A DNA stretch of 63,986 nucleotides, filler included, from Thelocarpon superellum (taxonomy: Eukaryota), in assembly GCA_026025795.1 (NCBI GenBank). It is 10 parts of 10 records of this genome, joined end to end, with 100 filler letters (N's around TTAATTAATTAA, not from the genome) between each part and the next. Parts side by side here need not be neighbours in the genome. Positions count along the whole stretch, not along the records: positions 45,106 to 51,377 come from JAPEUG010000684.1; positions 51,478 to 57,709 come from JAPEUG010000685.1; positions 57,810 to 63,986 come from JAPEUG010000687.1; 7 more parts are not named here. One strand, 5' to 3'. Below are positions 49,560-60,541 of this stretch, one piece after another. A program made the translations under genes and the position numbers. Position 1 is the first letter of the stretch; every line of letters begins with the position of its first letter. The notes under the pieces are model-generated. The model worked only from the letters and a program-made list of their open reading frames with translations. It made no database searches and was not told the origin of the DNA.

Positions 49560-51377
49560 TCAACACGTACCATAATTCCCTCCGGTGTCCAGGTCATTGC
49601 GTGGTAAGGGAAGAGATGAGGGATCCGAGGAGGAGCGCCGACCCGTCACGTCATGCCACGACCTAGGCCTGCGCCCCAGCAGGCTCTCCTCTTCATCGCT
49701 GCGTGCGTCTTCCTCCATCTCATCCCAGTTCACGCGTGGAGCGCGAACCAAGGACATGAAGAACGCGATCAGGAAGACGGCTACCAATTCCGTCAGCCAG
49801 GAGCAGACGGAGTTGCCGGGGAGAGGGAGAGCTTACCCAAAAAAGCAAATTGGGCGAAAAAGTCGAAGACGCCAAAGAAGGAGTAATTCACGGCGATGCG
49901 GTTGAGAAAGGTACTCATCACGCTAGGGAGACACACCTCGGCCGCGGCCGGCGACGTGGACACGTCGGAGCAGGTTAGGATGAATTCGGGATGTTTCGAG
50001 CAGTCACGCGCCGCGCCCGGGCGGGGGGGGTCGAAGTCGCAAAAGGTTTGCGAGCCAAAGGTGGCGTATTGCGGAGCCACGATGGTGGTCATGGCATAAT
50101 TGATGGCCAAGACGATCAGAGCCAAGGTGAAGGTACCAATCAGCATGGCCTGCGGGGAGGTGCGGCCCTTGCGGATGCGGAAGAGGCGGATCCAGACGAA
50201 GCGGATGCCGATGGACGTCAGGCCGCAGACGGAGCTGCAGAAGAAGAAGAGGATGAGCATCGCCACGAGAACGTAGTCGACAGGATAGACGTCAGCGGAC
50301 TTGTAGAGGATCCAGTTGATGGGGTTCAAGACGTTGATCTCGGCCAAGATGTATCCGCAGCGGCCCTTACAGAGGGAGTTGGAGGCCTTGTCGATGCCTG
50401 TCAAGAGCATGGAGCACCAAATGATGAGGGCCAGGACCAGTAGGAGCCCACCAAAGAGCAGAGAGACGGGACGGAAGATGGCGCCGAGCTTGCGCCAGGT
50501 TTTCGACATCCACGAGGTGTTTTCCGCCACCGTCTCAGCGGCGAGACGCTCGCGACGGACGAGGGTGCGTTCTTCGCGGACCAGGGCGTCGAGCTCTCGT
50601 CGCTCTTTGCTGGAGAGACCGTTGGGCAGTCGGCCGGCCCGGCCCTCGAGCTGTCGCTGTCGTTCACGGTTGCCCTCCAGGGCGGAGACCGAGCGCTCGG
50701 CGTCGCTCGGCAGCGACAGAACAGAAGGCGGGCGGAGGAAGGACATTGGAAGGATGGCCATCCCCGCGCCGGTGAAGACGACGTAGAGGAGTGTACCGAG
50801 CGTGATGAGGAAGCCCAGTGCAAAGGTCAGAGCGTGATCGCTATCTTCATCACGTCAGCCCTAGTAGAGATGGCTCGTAGGGGCAGACGGGGCTCACTGT
50901 TATCCGCGAGGAGCTTCTTGGCGTAGTCTGAGTCCCCGTGGTCGCCATGGAGATCACGCGGGACGGGTAAGAAGAAGCCAGTCACGAAGATGATGACGAC
51001 GAGGAGTAGGAAGCTCAGGGAGTATTTGACGGCGCCCCAGCACCGTCGTGTACCGTTCTGCCTCCCCCCCTCCTCCCCCACCTCCCCGCGCTCTTCGCAC
51101 CAAAAGTAGGTGAAGGGCAGCACGAGAAGGCAGAGGAGAGCGTCGAGGGAGTACAGGGCGTAGTAGACTATCTTGAGCACCCTCATGAGGTGCTCGATGC
51201 GCTGAGGCGTCGCCCACGATTTTCGCAGGCCCAGGTGACTCGACGAGGTATTGCCGATCAGGGCCAGGTCGGTCGGCAGCAGCAGGATCGTGGCAAGCAG
51301 GGCCGCGATGGTGACGAGAGATACGGCTGCCACGGCAGCTGACCGGTCTCGCCGGGCCTGGTAGGTGAAGACGAAGA
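49560..51377 (-). CDS. LMBR1-domain membrane protein (LMBRD1, probable lysosomal cobalamin transporter-like), 5'-truncated
   Basis: LATILLLPTDLAL, YSLDALLCLLVLPFTYFW, YTGAGMAIL-type segment, REERTLVRRERL, CKGRCGYIL, PVDY, GIRFVWIRLFRIRKGRTSPQAML, APQYATFGSQTFC; multiple TM segments. Confidence 0.85.
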
Positions 51378-51477
51378 NNNNNNNNNNNNNNNNNNNNNNN
51401 NNNNNNNNNNNNNNNNNNNNNTTAATTAATTAANNNNNNNNNNNNNNNNNNNNNNNNNNNNNNNNNNNNNNNNNNNN
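51378..51477. other. Artificial contig spacer
   Basis: N44-TTAATTAATTAA-N44. Confidence 0.99.
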
Positions 51478-52251
51478 CGAGCCAAACGCATCACCGTCGA
51501 CGAACACATCCAGCACTTCTTCGTCGAAGTGGTCCAGCGACGCAAGGAAGATGACGAAAACGCCGCCTTGTCGCGGCTCAAGACGGACCAGCTCTTCCGC
51601 GACATCGACGAGCGCTATCTCGAGCTCGACTCCGTGCCTCAGCTCATACATGACAGCGAGGACAGCATCGAGGAGGAGGAGGAGGAGGAGGAGGACGACG
51701 ACGACGACAACGACGAGAGCAACATCAAAGGCGGCGGCGTCGTCATCGTCGACGAAAACGGCAACAGCGAGCTCGAGAGACGTGTGATGCAACGCGCCGT
51801 CGAACTGGCCGTCGCGGAAAGGGAGAGACAGCAAGAACTCAAGATGAGTCGATTGGCGGCTACTCTCCTCGCCGCCGTGCTGGAAAAGATCCGCTTTCAC
51901 TTCGCCCCCAAAATTGACAGGTCGAGGTCCGTGAGCGTAAGCGGCGGCTCGAGCGACTCGAGCTGCTCGGGCCTCTTTAGCACCGTGACTGCCTCCACTG
52001 ACGCCAGCGAACCTGGGGACGTCGACCCCACTTGGGAAGAGGTGGAGGCCCTCGAGCACATGGAAGCCACTCAGTCGCACTCCACCCCTTGCTGGATGGT
52101 ACAGTACGCCCACTCGATCACCGAGGACGACTTGATCAAGGTCGGACTCAACGAACACTACCTCCCCCTGTTTCAGGACGTGGAAGGCTTCTTCGTAAGT
52201 ATCGACGCTCCCTCACGAGTAAAGTGGGATTCGATCGGGTTGGTGGGCTGA
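51478..52251 (+). CDS. Hypothetical acidic protein, 5'-truncated
   Basis: Open frame of more than 250 codons from the contig edge, with GC3-rich codon usage and a poly-E/D tract; no family recognised. Confidence 0.5.
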   Translation, partial: RAKRITVDEHIQHFFVEVVQRRKEDDENAALSRLKTDQLFRDIDERYLELDSVPQLIHDSEDSIEEEEEEEEDDDDDNDESNIKGGGVVIVDENGNSELERRVMQRAVELAVAERERQQELKMSRLAATLLAAVLEKIRFHFAPKIDRSRSVSVSGGSSDSSCSGLFSTVTASTDASEPGDVDPTWEEVEALEHMEATQSHSTPCWMVQYAHSITEDDLIKVGLNEHYLPLFQDVEGFFVSIDAPSRVKWDSIGLVG

Positions 52252-52645
52252 CATAGAGGCCTGTAGCATATCGACCTCGTCCTCGAACCGGGTTATCGCT
52301 GGGACATCGAACTCGCGCGGGTCCTGATGGAAGAACTGTACTTTGAGACTTCGGACTATTATTTTTGGGGCGGCCTGATGGGATTCGTCTGCGGGATGGG
52401 ACCGATCGAGGTGGTGGAGAGGTCGCGTGGGTACGTACTTTCCCATTTACAGGAATGGTCGGAAGTTTTGCCCTATATCTTTGGGATGGGGCTGTGATGG
52501 TCGTGGCTCTGGTGCAGGACGGGCGAACTTTTGAATCATGCTTGAATAGTGTTAGATACTCAATCGGAAACCTCTCTAAACGAGTGGGAACGGCGTCCTA
52601 GGGAATGTGTAGTAGCAAAGTGGCAGGCTGAACAGACCGCCGCGA

Positions 52646-53854
52646 CTAATACGTCGCCGCCAGTCGCTGCACGAGATACTGCCCGCTGTTGATCCCGTCA
52701 TATTTCTTCTCTCCCTTGACGCCCACGCCGTGATCGTCATACGTGCCCGGCAAGACCTCGATGAACTTCTCGAAGTTGGGATTGCAGAAATACGCGACGG
52801 AGTAACGCGGCGGGTAGATCCCGTCAGCGCCCGCGGGGATGGGCGGCTCGATGACGCGATGGCGCGTTGATTTGATGGTGTCGTTGGACCAGCGCGCGAG
52901 CAGGTCGCCGGCGTTGATGACGATCGTGCCAGGGATCGGCGTCGCGTCGAGAAAGGTCCCGTTCGGCCCGCATACTTGCAGACCGCCACGCGCATCTTGG
53001 AAGAGGAGCGTGATGGAGCCTGGGGACAGGGGGAAGTCTGTCAATCGTGGTGCAAGGGACAGGGGACAGGGGAGAGGGCGCCAGTCGTGCTCACCGTAAT
53101 CGGAATGTTCACCTGCTCGGACTTGGCCCTTGTTCTTTGCAAAGACCTCTTTTGGCGTGGCGGGGTAATGCAGCAAGCGGAGATTGTTGTCGCCGCCATC
53201 CGTGTATTCATCAAAGTACGATTCGCCGAGTCCCATGCCCAAGGCGAGGGCACGCATGATCTGGATGTTGAGGTCCTTGCAGGTGCGGAAGAATTGCTGC
53301 ATCACGGTCTTGAAGTGCTTGCCTTCGTCATCGAGCTCATCTGGCCAGCGGTTGGGGCGGCCCGGGACGCCGTCTTTCCCAATCTCCATGCTCTCTTTCA
53401 AGTCGGGATTCTGCGACCGGAGCGCTTCCACCTGGTCACGGTCGGCCAGTTGGGAGACCTTCTCCCGTCCATGAGCGACATATCCACGATTGCTCTCTGG
53501 CGTCGTCCATTGGAGGCCATCTTTCTGCTCCTGGGGTCGGGTAAAGAATTTGGCCGACGTGGCAAAGACATCCTCGACAGTGGCGGGAGCGATTCCATGC
53601 TTCGCTAGGTAGATGAAGCCTGAGGTCTGAAAGGCCTTGAGAATCGCCGAGGCCGTGGCTTGCTTCTCCGCCGCCGATCCGTAGAGGAAAGGTGAGAAGT
53701 CAATCACCTATGTGGAGGTTGAAAGGTTAGGCCAAGATGATCAGGTCAAGAGAGGGGTCGGTCAGCGACTGTGCTCGGTGCCTACCGGGATGAGCGAGCG
53801 TGGCGGGAGTTCCGCCTCGGTCGCAGGACTATCGTCAACTCGAGAGGAAGTCAT
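52646..53854 (-). CDS. Thymine 7-hydroxylase (thymine dioxygenase), 2OG-Fe(II) oxygenase, 2 introns
   Basis: IP|VIDFSPFL...FQTSGFIYL...WTTPESNRGY...GREKVSQL...PDLKESMEIG...LRLLHYP...QVRAGEHSDYG|SITLLFQD...WSNDTIKSTRHRV...PRYSVAYFCNPN...YLVQRLAATY*. Has the HxD...H and RxS motifs and is collinear with fungal T7H as recalled. Confidence 0.9.
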
Positions 53855-54127
53855 GGTGTGGGCGTGATTGGTCCGAGAACGCCACCACGCTGGTAGGTCA
53901 GGGTATGGAGTATTGTTGTCGGAGTAGACAGTGGCACTGTCCTTCTTCACACATCCGCCCTGGAAGACAGCACTTCACGCGTAGGAGCGTTGCAAAGGAG
54001 ACGTGAGGGGCTGGCGGCCGAGAGATAAGCTGGGCGTTAGGCTTATCGTGGAGCGTTGCATATGCCTTCTGCGTCGGACAGACACGGGCGAGGAGATTGA
54101 CTCAGCCTCTCTCCAAGGACTGTCAAG

Positions 54128-55259
54128 ATGCCCGTCGTCGACATCCACACGCATGTCTACCCTCCCTCATACATGCGTATCCTCGAGTCGCGCTCCGAGG
54201 TGCCCTACGTCCGATCGTCGCGCTTGATCATTCTTCCGGGCGAAGACGAGCTCTGCAAGAATGGTGCTGCCCAGCCCGGTCGTCCGGTTGGACCCGACTA
54301 CTATGACATCTCCAAGAAGCTGGCCTTTATGGACCAGCACGGTATTGATGTCAGTGTCATCTCTCTGGCCAACCCGTGGCTGGACTTCCTCCCGCCAACT
54401 GAAGCTGGCCCATCCGCCCGGATGATCAACGATGAGATCGAAGGTTTGTGCGCGCGGAGTGATGGCCGGTTGTTCGCCTTTGGAGCGCTGCCACTCAGTG
54501 CGAGCGTGGAAACGATCGTGGCGGAGATTCAGCGGCTGAAGAGGCTGAAGCTTACACGGGGGGTGATCATGGGCACGTCCGGCCTGGGACGGGGCTTGGA
54601 TGATCCGGCGCTGGATCCCATCTGGGCTTCCCTCCAGGCCCAGGAGATGTTGATCTTCCTCCACCCTCACTACGGCTTGCCCACTGAGGTCTTTGGGCCT
54701 CGTGCGGGCGAGTATGGCCACGTGCTCCCGCTGGCCCTGGGCTTCCCGCTAGAAACGACGGTGGCTGTAGCCCGGATGCTCCTGTCGGGTGTGTGGGATC
54801 GATTTCCGGAGCTGAAGGTCCTTCTGGCCCACTCCGGAGGCACTCTGCCCTTTCTCGCCGGTCGCTTGGAGAGCTGCATCCAGCACGATGGCCACTTGAA
54901 GCAGGAGGCCAACTTCTCGCAACGAAGAAGCGTGTGGGATGTTCTCACGAAGAATATCTATCTGGATGCGGTCATTTACTCCCAGGTCGGGCTCGAGGCG
55001 GCGGTGCGTGCCTCGACGGCGGATCGGGTGTTGTTTGGTGGGTCCCCCCGCAAGTTGATCGTGACCCTCGGCTGACCACCTTTCTCCTCTTCCAGGAACG
55101 GATCATCCATTCTTCCCGCCTCTGGATGGGTCGACAGAGCAGTGGATGAGTGTGACCACCAACCGTCAAGCCATCAGCGAGGCCTTTTCGGGCAGCGCAA
55201 AGGCCAACGACGCTATCCTCGGCGGGAATGCCATGCGACTCTTGAATCTTGAATCTTGA
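54128..55259 (+). CDS. Uracil-5-carboxylate (isoorotate) decarboxylase IDCase, amidohydrolase_2 family, 1 intron
   Basis: MPVVDIHTHVYPP, RLIILP, SVISLANPWLDF, FLHPHYGLP, YGHVLPLALGFPLET, AHSGGTLPFLAGRLESC, DAVIY, LFG|TDHPFFPP...GGNAMRLLNLES*. Confidence 0.92.
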
Positions 55260-55344
55260 ATCTTGAATCTTGAATCTTGAATCTTGAATCTTGAATCTTG
55301 AATCTTGAATCTTGAATCTTGCATCTTGAATCTTGAATCTTGAA
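55240..55344 (+). repeat. Heptanucleotide tandem repeat (TCTTGAA)15 overlapping the IDCase stop codon
   Basis: 14 perfect units and one TCTTGCA variant, followed by degenerate GCCTGAA units. Confidence 0.95.
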
Positions 55345-56449
55345 GCCTGAAGCCTGATCCTCGATGCTTAGATGAATTGAGACACGAACGAAATTCCAGG
55401 CCCAAATCCCCAGTACACGACACGCACAGCGAACGGGGCCCTCCCTGTGTGCTGAGTAGACGCTCTGGAGCACTCCCTCTCATCTCAACACCAAAACAGT
55501 TTTAGTGCCCCCCCAGTGCCCCCGTATAGGGAGGCGCCCCTAAGGCGCAGAGTGTTTCCGTTAGTTTATCCCGAGACGGCTTCGTTTCCCCCTGCTGCGC
55601 ATCCGTGAACATTTCGACATAGCGTGCGGACGTATGGAATTGAAGTCTGCTGACCATTCACCGTTTGCTGATCCCCATCTTCTGGGAGCGGCGCCGCCGC
55701 CATACTCGTACTGCCAAGAGACTGATCAGAAAATTGGAGCCGAGCATGGCTCACTGATAGATGTTAAGCAAAGGTCCGACTCTCGAGACGAGTCCGAAGA
55801 CGATTTCCTGCGTCGGATGATGTGGATGATGAATCAGTAGGACACGTCGTTCTCGACTTGAGTCAGAGCGGGGTAGGTCATGCCACCTTCAACAGCGTCG
55901 ACACTGTGGATTCACATCCCGACTCATCTTTGGTAGCGTCAAAGCATCATGTGCCACTACGACAAGCAAACCTCTATCTGGAAAGGCCGCAGGGCCACAC
56001 CAGCGCATATTCAATCAACCAGCTTTTGGGATGAGTGTGAGAAGGCAAAGGCAAAGGGGCGTTATTGCTCCGATGCAACTCCCGCAAAGGGAAGAATTGG
56101 CCAGGTGATTTCGCTGGGTTCCACGCAAAGAGAAGGAGATTGCCCACTGTGGCTCCCAGAGCCTCCAGAGGCTTGATTGTAAGTCACGCAACCAGAATAG
56201 CCAGGAATCCGCTGATATCCCAGACGCCTGAATGTCAGGAAACGGTTCGGCTCTTTAGCAGCCTCGGCGCATGGATCGAGACATCATAAAAGGCACCGGA
56301 GGCAAGACGAGCAACAAGATCGAGACGCCTCGTATGGAATCAGGCATTCGAAATCGGTGGCTGAGAGTCCCAAGGAGGGTCGAGGGCTTTTCGGTTCCCG
56401 CTTCTGCTACTTCAAGTCGTCAGCGTCCTGAGACGGAAGAGGGCTGTGC

Positions 56450-57174
56450 TTGGTACCTTGTGCTCTAACGTCCTGCAACAACGCCTCTACGCTGGTATAT
56501 TGTCAGTGCCAGCATCTGCAGACAAGATCTCCAAAGACAGGAAGCGACTTCAGAGCAGGAAATTGTTCATGCCGATGTGCATCCTTGATCTCCGCGTGGG
56601 AGAGTCCTCTGTAAGGCGGGCCTCCCGTGATGATCTCGCAAATGACGGATCCTCGCGCGAACATCTCGCTCTTGACCGTAATGCTGGTCAGGTCGGGATG
56701 ATCGTGGCTAACTTCGTAGGCGACGAGAGGTCGGGAACCATCAATGGACGAACCTGCAAAGTCGCCCAGCTTGACGTCGAGTTGATCATCGAGGAAGATG
56801 TTGTTGCAGGATATGTCGGCATGAAGGATGCCTTTGGAGTGCACGTACGCGATGGAGTCCCCCACTTGCTCAACCCATCGTATCTGGAGGGCCAGTGGTT
56901 GCGGTCCCTTGTCCATGTGATGTTCTCGACGAGAACCCTTGGATGCACGCTGCATCAGGAAGCCGTTATAGAAGGGGCCGTATTAGCGGAGCACTCGTGT
57001 GTGCTCGTTCGCCAGCCGCTCATAGACCTGCTTCTCCATGTCGATGAAGCACTGGTCTTTCTTCCGCACGGGGATCTTCATGACGGCATCGAGATCGACC
57101 ATCAATCCGGCGTTGCCCGCAGAGATGACATCGCGCCAGCCAAAGCCAGGAGGGAAGCAAACAGTGTCGTTCAT
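56450..57174 (-). pseudogene. Protein kinase pseudogene (small fungal kinase-like family)
   Basis: One frame reads VMKIP...EKQVYERL...VLR*YG...YVHSKGILHADISCNNIFLD...KLGDFAGSSIDG...EIITGGPPY...RCWH*QYTSVEALL, with in-frame TAA at 56985-56983 and TGA at 56505-56503. Confidence 0.8.
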
Positions 57175-57709
57175 CAGGAAGTGAAAGGTGCATGGGTTGT
57201 CATGGATGAGGATAGGAGACCGGCGACTGGTCTCACAACATGCGAGTGGATCGCGAGGTTCGAGGGTCGTTCATGGGGAAGGGCAACGGATATTGCCGCT
57301 CTAAGGGCTGCCACATAACATATGTTACTTCATGAACGAGGGTAGGCCAAGCAGAGTTTTAACGGGGGCCGGCAACAACAATCAATACATTCTACTAAGC
57401 GGCGAACTCGTCGCATGCAGCTGTTCAGATCAGGAGGTCTGTGGATGTATGACGATGACCTAATCTAAACATGCGTGGCAACGCTATTCATATGTTCCAA
57501 GTAGCTTGTCCTCGTACTGCATTCCCCATCACGAATGCGTTCAGTGGCCAAAAACGAAGTGTAATGCCTTCGTGAGCAGGGCACAGACGACTCCCGGCAA
57601 GATGCGGACATCGCGCATCGCCCGAGAAACGTCCAAAGTCAGCCAAACGATCCGCGCTCGAGTGTCTGAGAAATCGGCAACGGCAGGCAAGACGACGCGG
57701 CAGACGCGA

Positions 57710-57809
57710 NNNNNNNNNNNNNNNNNNNNNNNNNNNNNNNNNNNNNNNNNNNNTTAATTAATTAANNNNNNNNNNNNNNNNNNNNNNNNNNNNNNNNNNN
57801 NNNNNNNNN
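57710..57809. other. Artificial contig spacer
   Basis: N44-TTAATTAATTAA-N44. Confidence 0.99.
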
Positions 57810-58651
57810 ATCTTCTCTGTTGCCCTGCTTTACGCTGCTCTTTGCACTACTTTCCACATATGGTGCTGGTGCCGGTGCTGGTGCGGGTGTATTGCAAAGG
57901 GAGGGGGGGCCTTCTTTTCGGGTTTCTGCACTGCACTGCACTGCATTGTTGCGCGCACTACACGCGTTACACTGCCCTACGATGTGCATATACCCACACC
58001 CACACCCTGCGCTCGATGCCTTGAAGCCCCTTTCCTACATGCGGGTTTCACAGGCACCCTTGTCTTTTACTCACTGCGATAAATCGAACGACATCATGAG
58101 AGAAATGCAACAGGAAAGACCAAGTACTGACGAATCATCCACCTCTCCGTGTTCATCCGGGCAGGGGTAGATTCTCCGCTCCAGTCTAGATCGGTGTGAT
58201 TGAAAGGAATATAGATGTGGTTGAAGCGTGGATGCGTGGTAAGAGGTAGGTTAGTTGGTCGGTAGGTAAGTAGGTAGGTACATGTGAATCTTGGAATGGT
58301 AATGCAAGAGCAGGAGGGGGAACGGGATGGGATGGAACAGGGGAGCAGAATAAGAATCCCAGATCCAGATCAAGATCCACACCATCGTCGTCTTCATCGA
58401 ATGATACACCCGTGCCCGCAGCTCAAGACATTACCAGACAGCACGACACATCGACATGGTCCAACAAAAGAGCCCAGACATAACGCCAGCCGCGCACGAT
58501 GTCGTGCGATCATGACCCTTTGCAAAGATGAGACGACGCGGGGGACGGACTGGACGGAGGGACAGGGAACAGAGGGAGGAAGGGAGGAAGGGAGGGCGGG
58601 AGGGAGGGAGAGAAGGGAAAAGTAGGACGGCACTCCATCCACCTTGCCCGC

Positions 58652-59541
58652 CTATATGGCCATCTCGGCTCGTAATTTGGCGAGTTCGGCCTCTTCGTCG
58701 TCTTCTTCTTGTGTTGCTGCATTGCTTCGCACTGTAGTTGAAGTCGTCAGTGCTGGACTCGAAGTAGTAATGGCAAGGCAGGGAGGGGAAACAACTTACG
58801 CTCGCCTTGTGCTGCATTTGGAAGCTTGTGAACCCCATCTGCCACCGGGACCGAACCCGTATCCGTCATGCGTGCGTCTAATGCTTCCTGTTCCATCTGT
58901 CCTAGTTCTGCCTCCAGATCGTCTTGATCGACCGTCTCGCCGATGGGCGAAGACGTGATGGCCGCGGCAATCTCCTCGCCCAGAGCGTGCTGTTCGCGTA
59001 GTTTGTCCCTGTCATCACGAGATTAGACAGACGGCATCAGAGAAAGGGGGGCCGAGCAAGGCGGAAGAAACGGAACGTACATGGTCTTGTCCACCTGGTC
59101 GATGGTGAGACCGCCATGGATCGATGACATGGCCTTGCCCGCCTTCTCCATGGCCTTCAGCGTCTCTTGGTTGATGTTGGCCGCCTCGATCGAGTAGACT
59201 TCTTGTTCGATGGTGGCGATCTGGGCACTGGTTTGGTTGAGAGAGTGCTCGTGTTGCTTCTTGCGCATCAGCGCCTGCTTGGCAGCTGTCTCGCACATGC
59301 CACCATCAGCCCGCATCCATCACCCGATCCGTTCCCGCTGCTCGACGTGACACGTACCGGTTTTGTTCGTGCTGATGTTCTTCTTGGCGATGGCCTGCTG
59401 CTCGTCCATCTGATGTTGTAGATGGACCTCTCGCTTCTGCAGCATCTCCAGATGGGCCCGGAGCGCGACGATGGCATCTTTGGGCGCCGCTTTCCGCTTC
59501 TGCGCGCTGTTGCCCGTGATCCATCCCATGAGGCCCGACAT
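58652..59541 (-). CDS. SNF7: ESCRT-III subunit Snf7/Vps32, 3 introns
   Basis: MSGLMGWITG...PKDAIVALRAHLEMLQKRE...NKT|AAKQALMRKK...SIEAANINQETLKAM...IHGGLTIDQVDKTM|DKLREQHALGEEIA...DLEAELGQMEQE...EEAELAKLRAEMAI*. Confidence 0.94.
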
Positions 59542-60049
59542 GGCTGCGCCTGTCGATGCGTTGACCGCTGCTGAGACACTACCGTCCCCTCGTCGGTGCG
59601 CGGTTGCGGTGGCGGGGGGGTCCCCAGCAAACGCTGGTGGGGGAACGGGGGTTGCCGTCGGGCTTCTTTGAGTGCTGAGGCAACAAGGGCACAAGCGGTG
59701 GCGGGGGACGTCGTCACCCACGACTTCAAGAAGTCTCTCTTCCGAGGGCGCGCGACCGAGATCAACAGATCGCCTCGGATGGCAGACGAAGGGATCTGGC
59801 TCGTCGGTCCGAGTGATGCAAGAGATCTACCGCCGTTATCGTCGCGGGTCTCTTGAGCGTGAGCAGGAGACCGTCGTCATCAAATGACCTCAGGCGCTAG
59901 GCGTCGTTGCTTCAATATCACGTGCGTCGACTTGACCTGGTCCACCTCGTCGTGTCTCTCACCCAGTCCAGGCAAGAGCTCGGTCAGCCCAGTTAGGCCG
60001 TACCCTATCAGCACCATGCTCCCTCCTCCGAGGTGCCACCACCTCGAAG

Positions 60050-60541
60050 ATGAGTGGGGCCAATCTAGGACCAGTCCCGTCTCGATTGGTTTTCCTCTCG
60101 GAAATCGCCCAATTCCCACCAGGAGACAAGCTTCGTTTTCTCGGCTGGTCAGTCTGCCTTCCCTCCTCGTGGCGAGCGTATCTTGATGTTTGGTATAGCG
60201 TGGTGAGCTACGATAATTCCACAGCTACCTTGGTGTTGCGACACCACTCTCCACCCTCTACTACCGTCATCTCCGCTCATGTAAATATACATGCGATCCT
60301 CCCTACCATCAAGCCGTCGGATGTACGCATCGGCGAATGGCTAAATGTGATTGCATATGTCAATGCCCCGCCGGAGACTCACGACGGGATGCCACGCAGC
60401 GGAAGCCGGACCAAGAAGCATACGGAGGTCGATGTCTTCGTCCAAGCCATCGTGACATGGAACGCTGGACCAATCTCATTATCAGAATATGAAAAGGCAC
60501 TCGAGGAGCGGCGTGAGATGCAGCAAGCCTCGACGCGGTGA
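60050..60541 (+). CDS. TEN1: CST complex subunit Ten1 (OB fold), 1 in-frame intron at 60148-60198
   Basis: GPVPSRLVFLS...GDKLRFLGC|VVSYD...LVLRH...VRIGEWLNVIAYV...VQAIVTWNAGPISLSEYEKAL. Confidence 0.8.
   Translation: MSGANLGPVPSRLVFLSEIAQFPPGDKLRFLGWSVCLPSSWRAYLDVWYSVVSYDNSTATLVLRHHSPPSTTVISAHVNIHAILPTIKPSDVRIGEWLNVIAYVNAPPETHDGMPRSGSRTKKHTEVDVFVQAIVTWNAGPISLSEYEKALEERREMQQASTR

Noticed and set aside
26037..59541. pH-signalling/ESCRT cluster (PalI, ANCHR-like, Snf7)
   Set aside because: The genes are on three separate contigs; co-occurrence comes from size sorting
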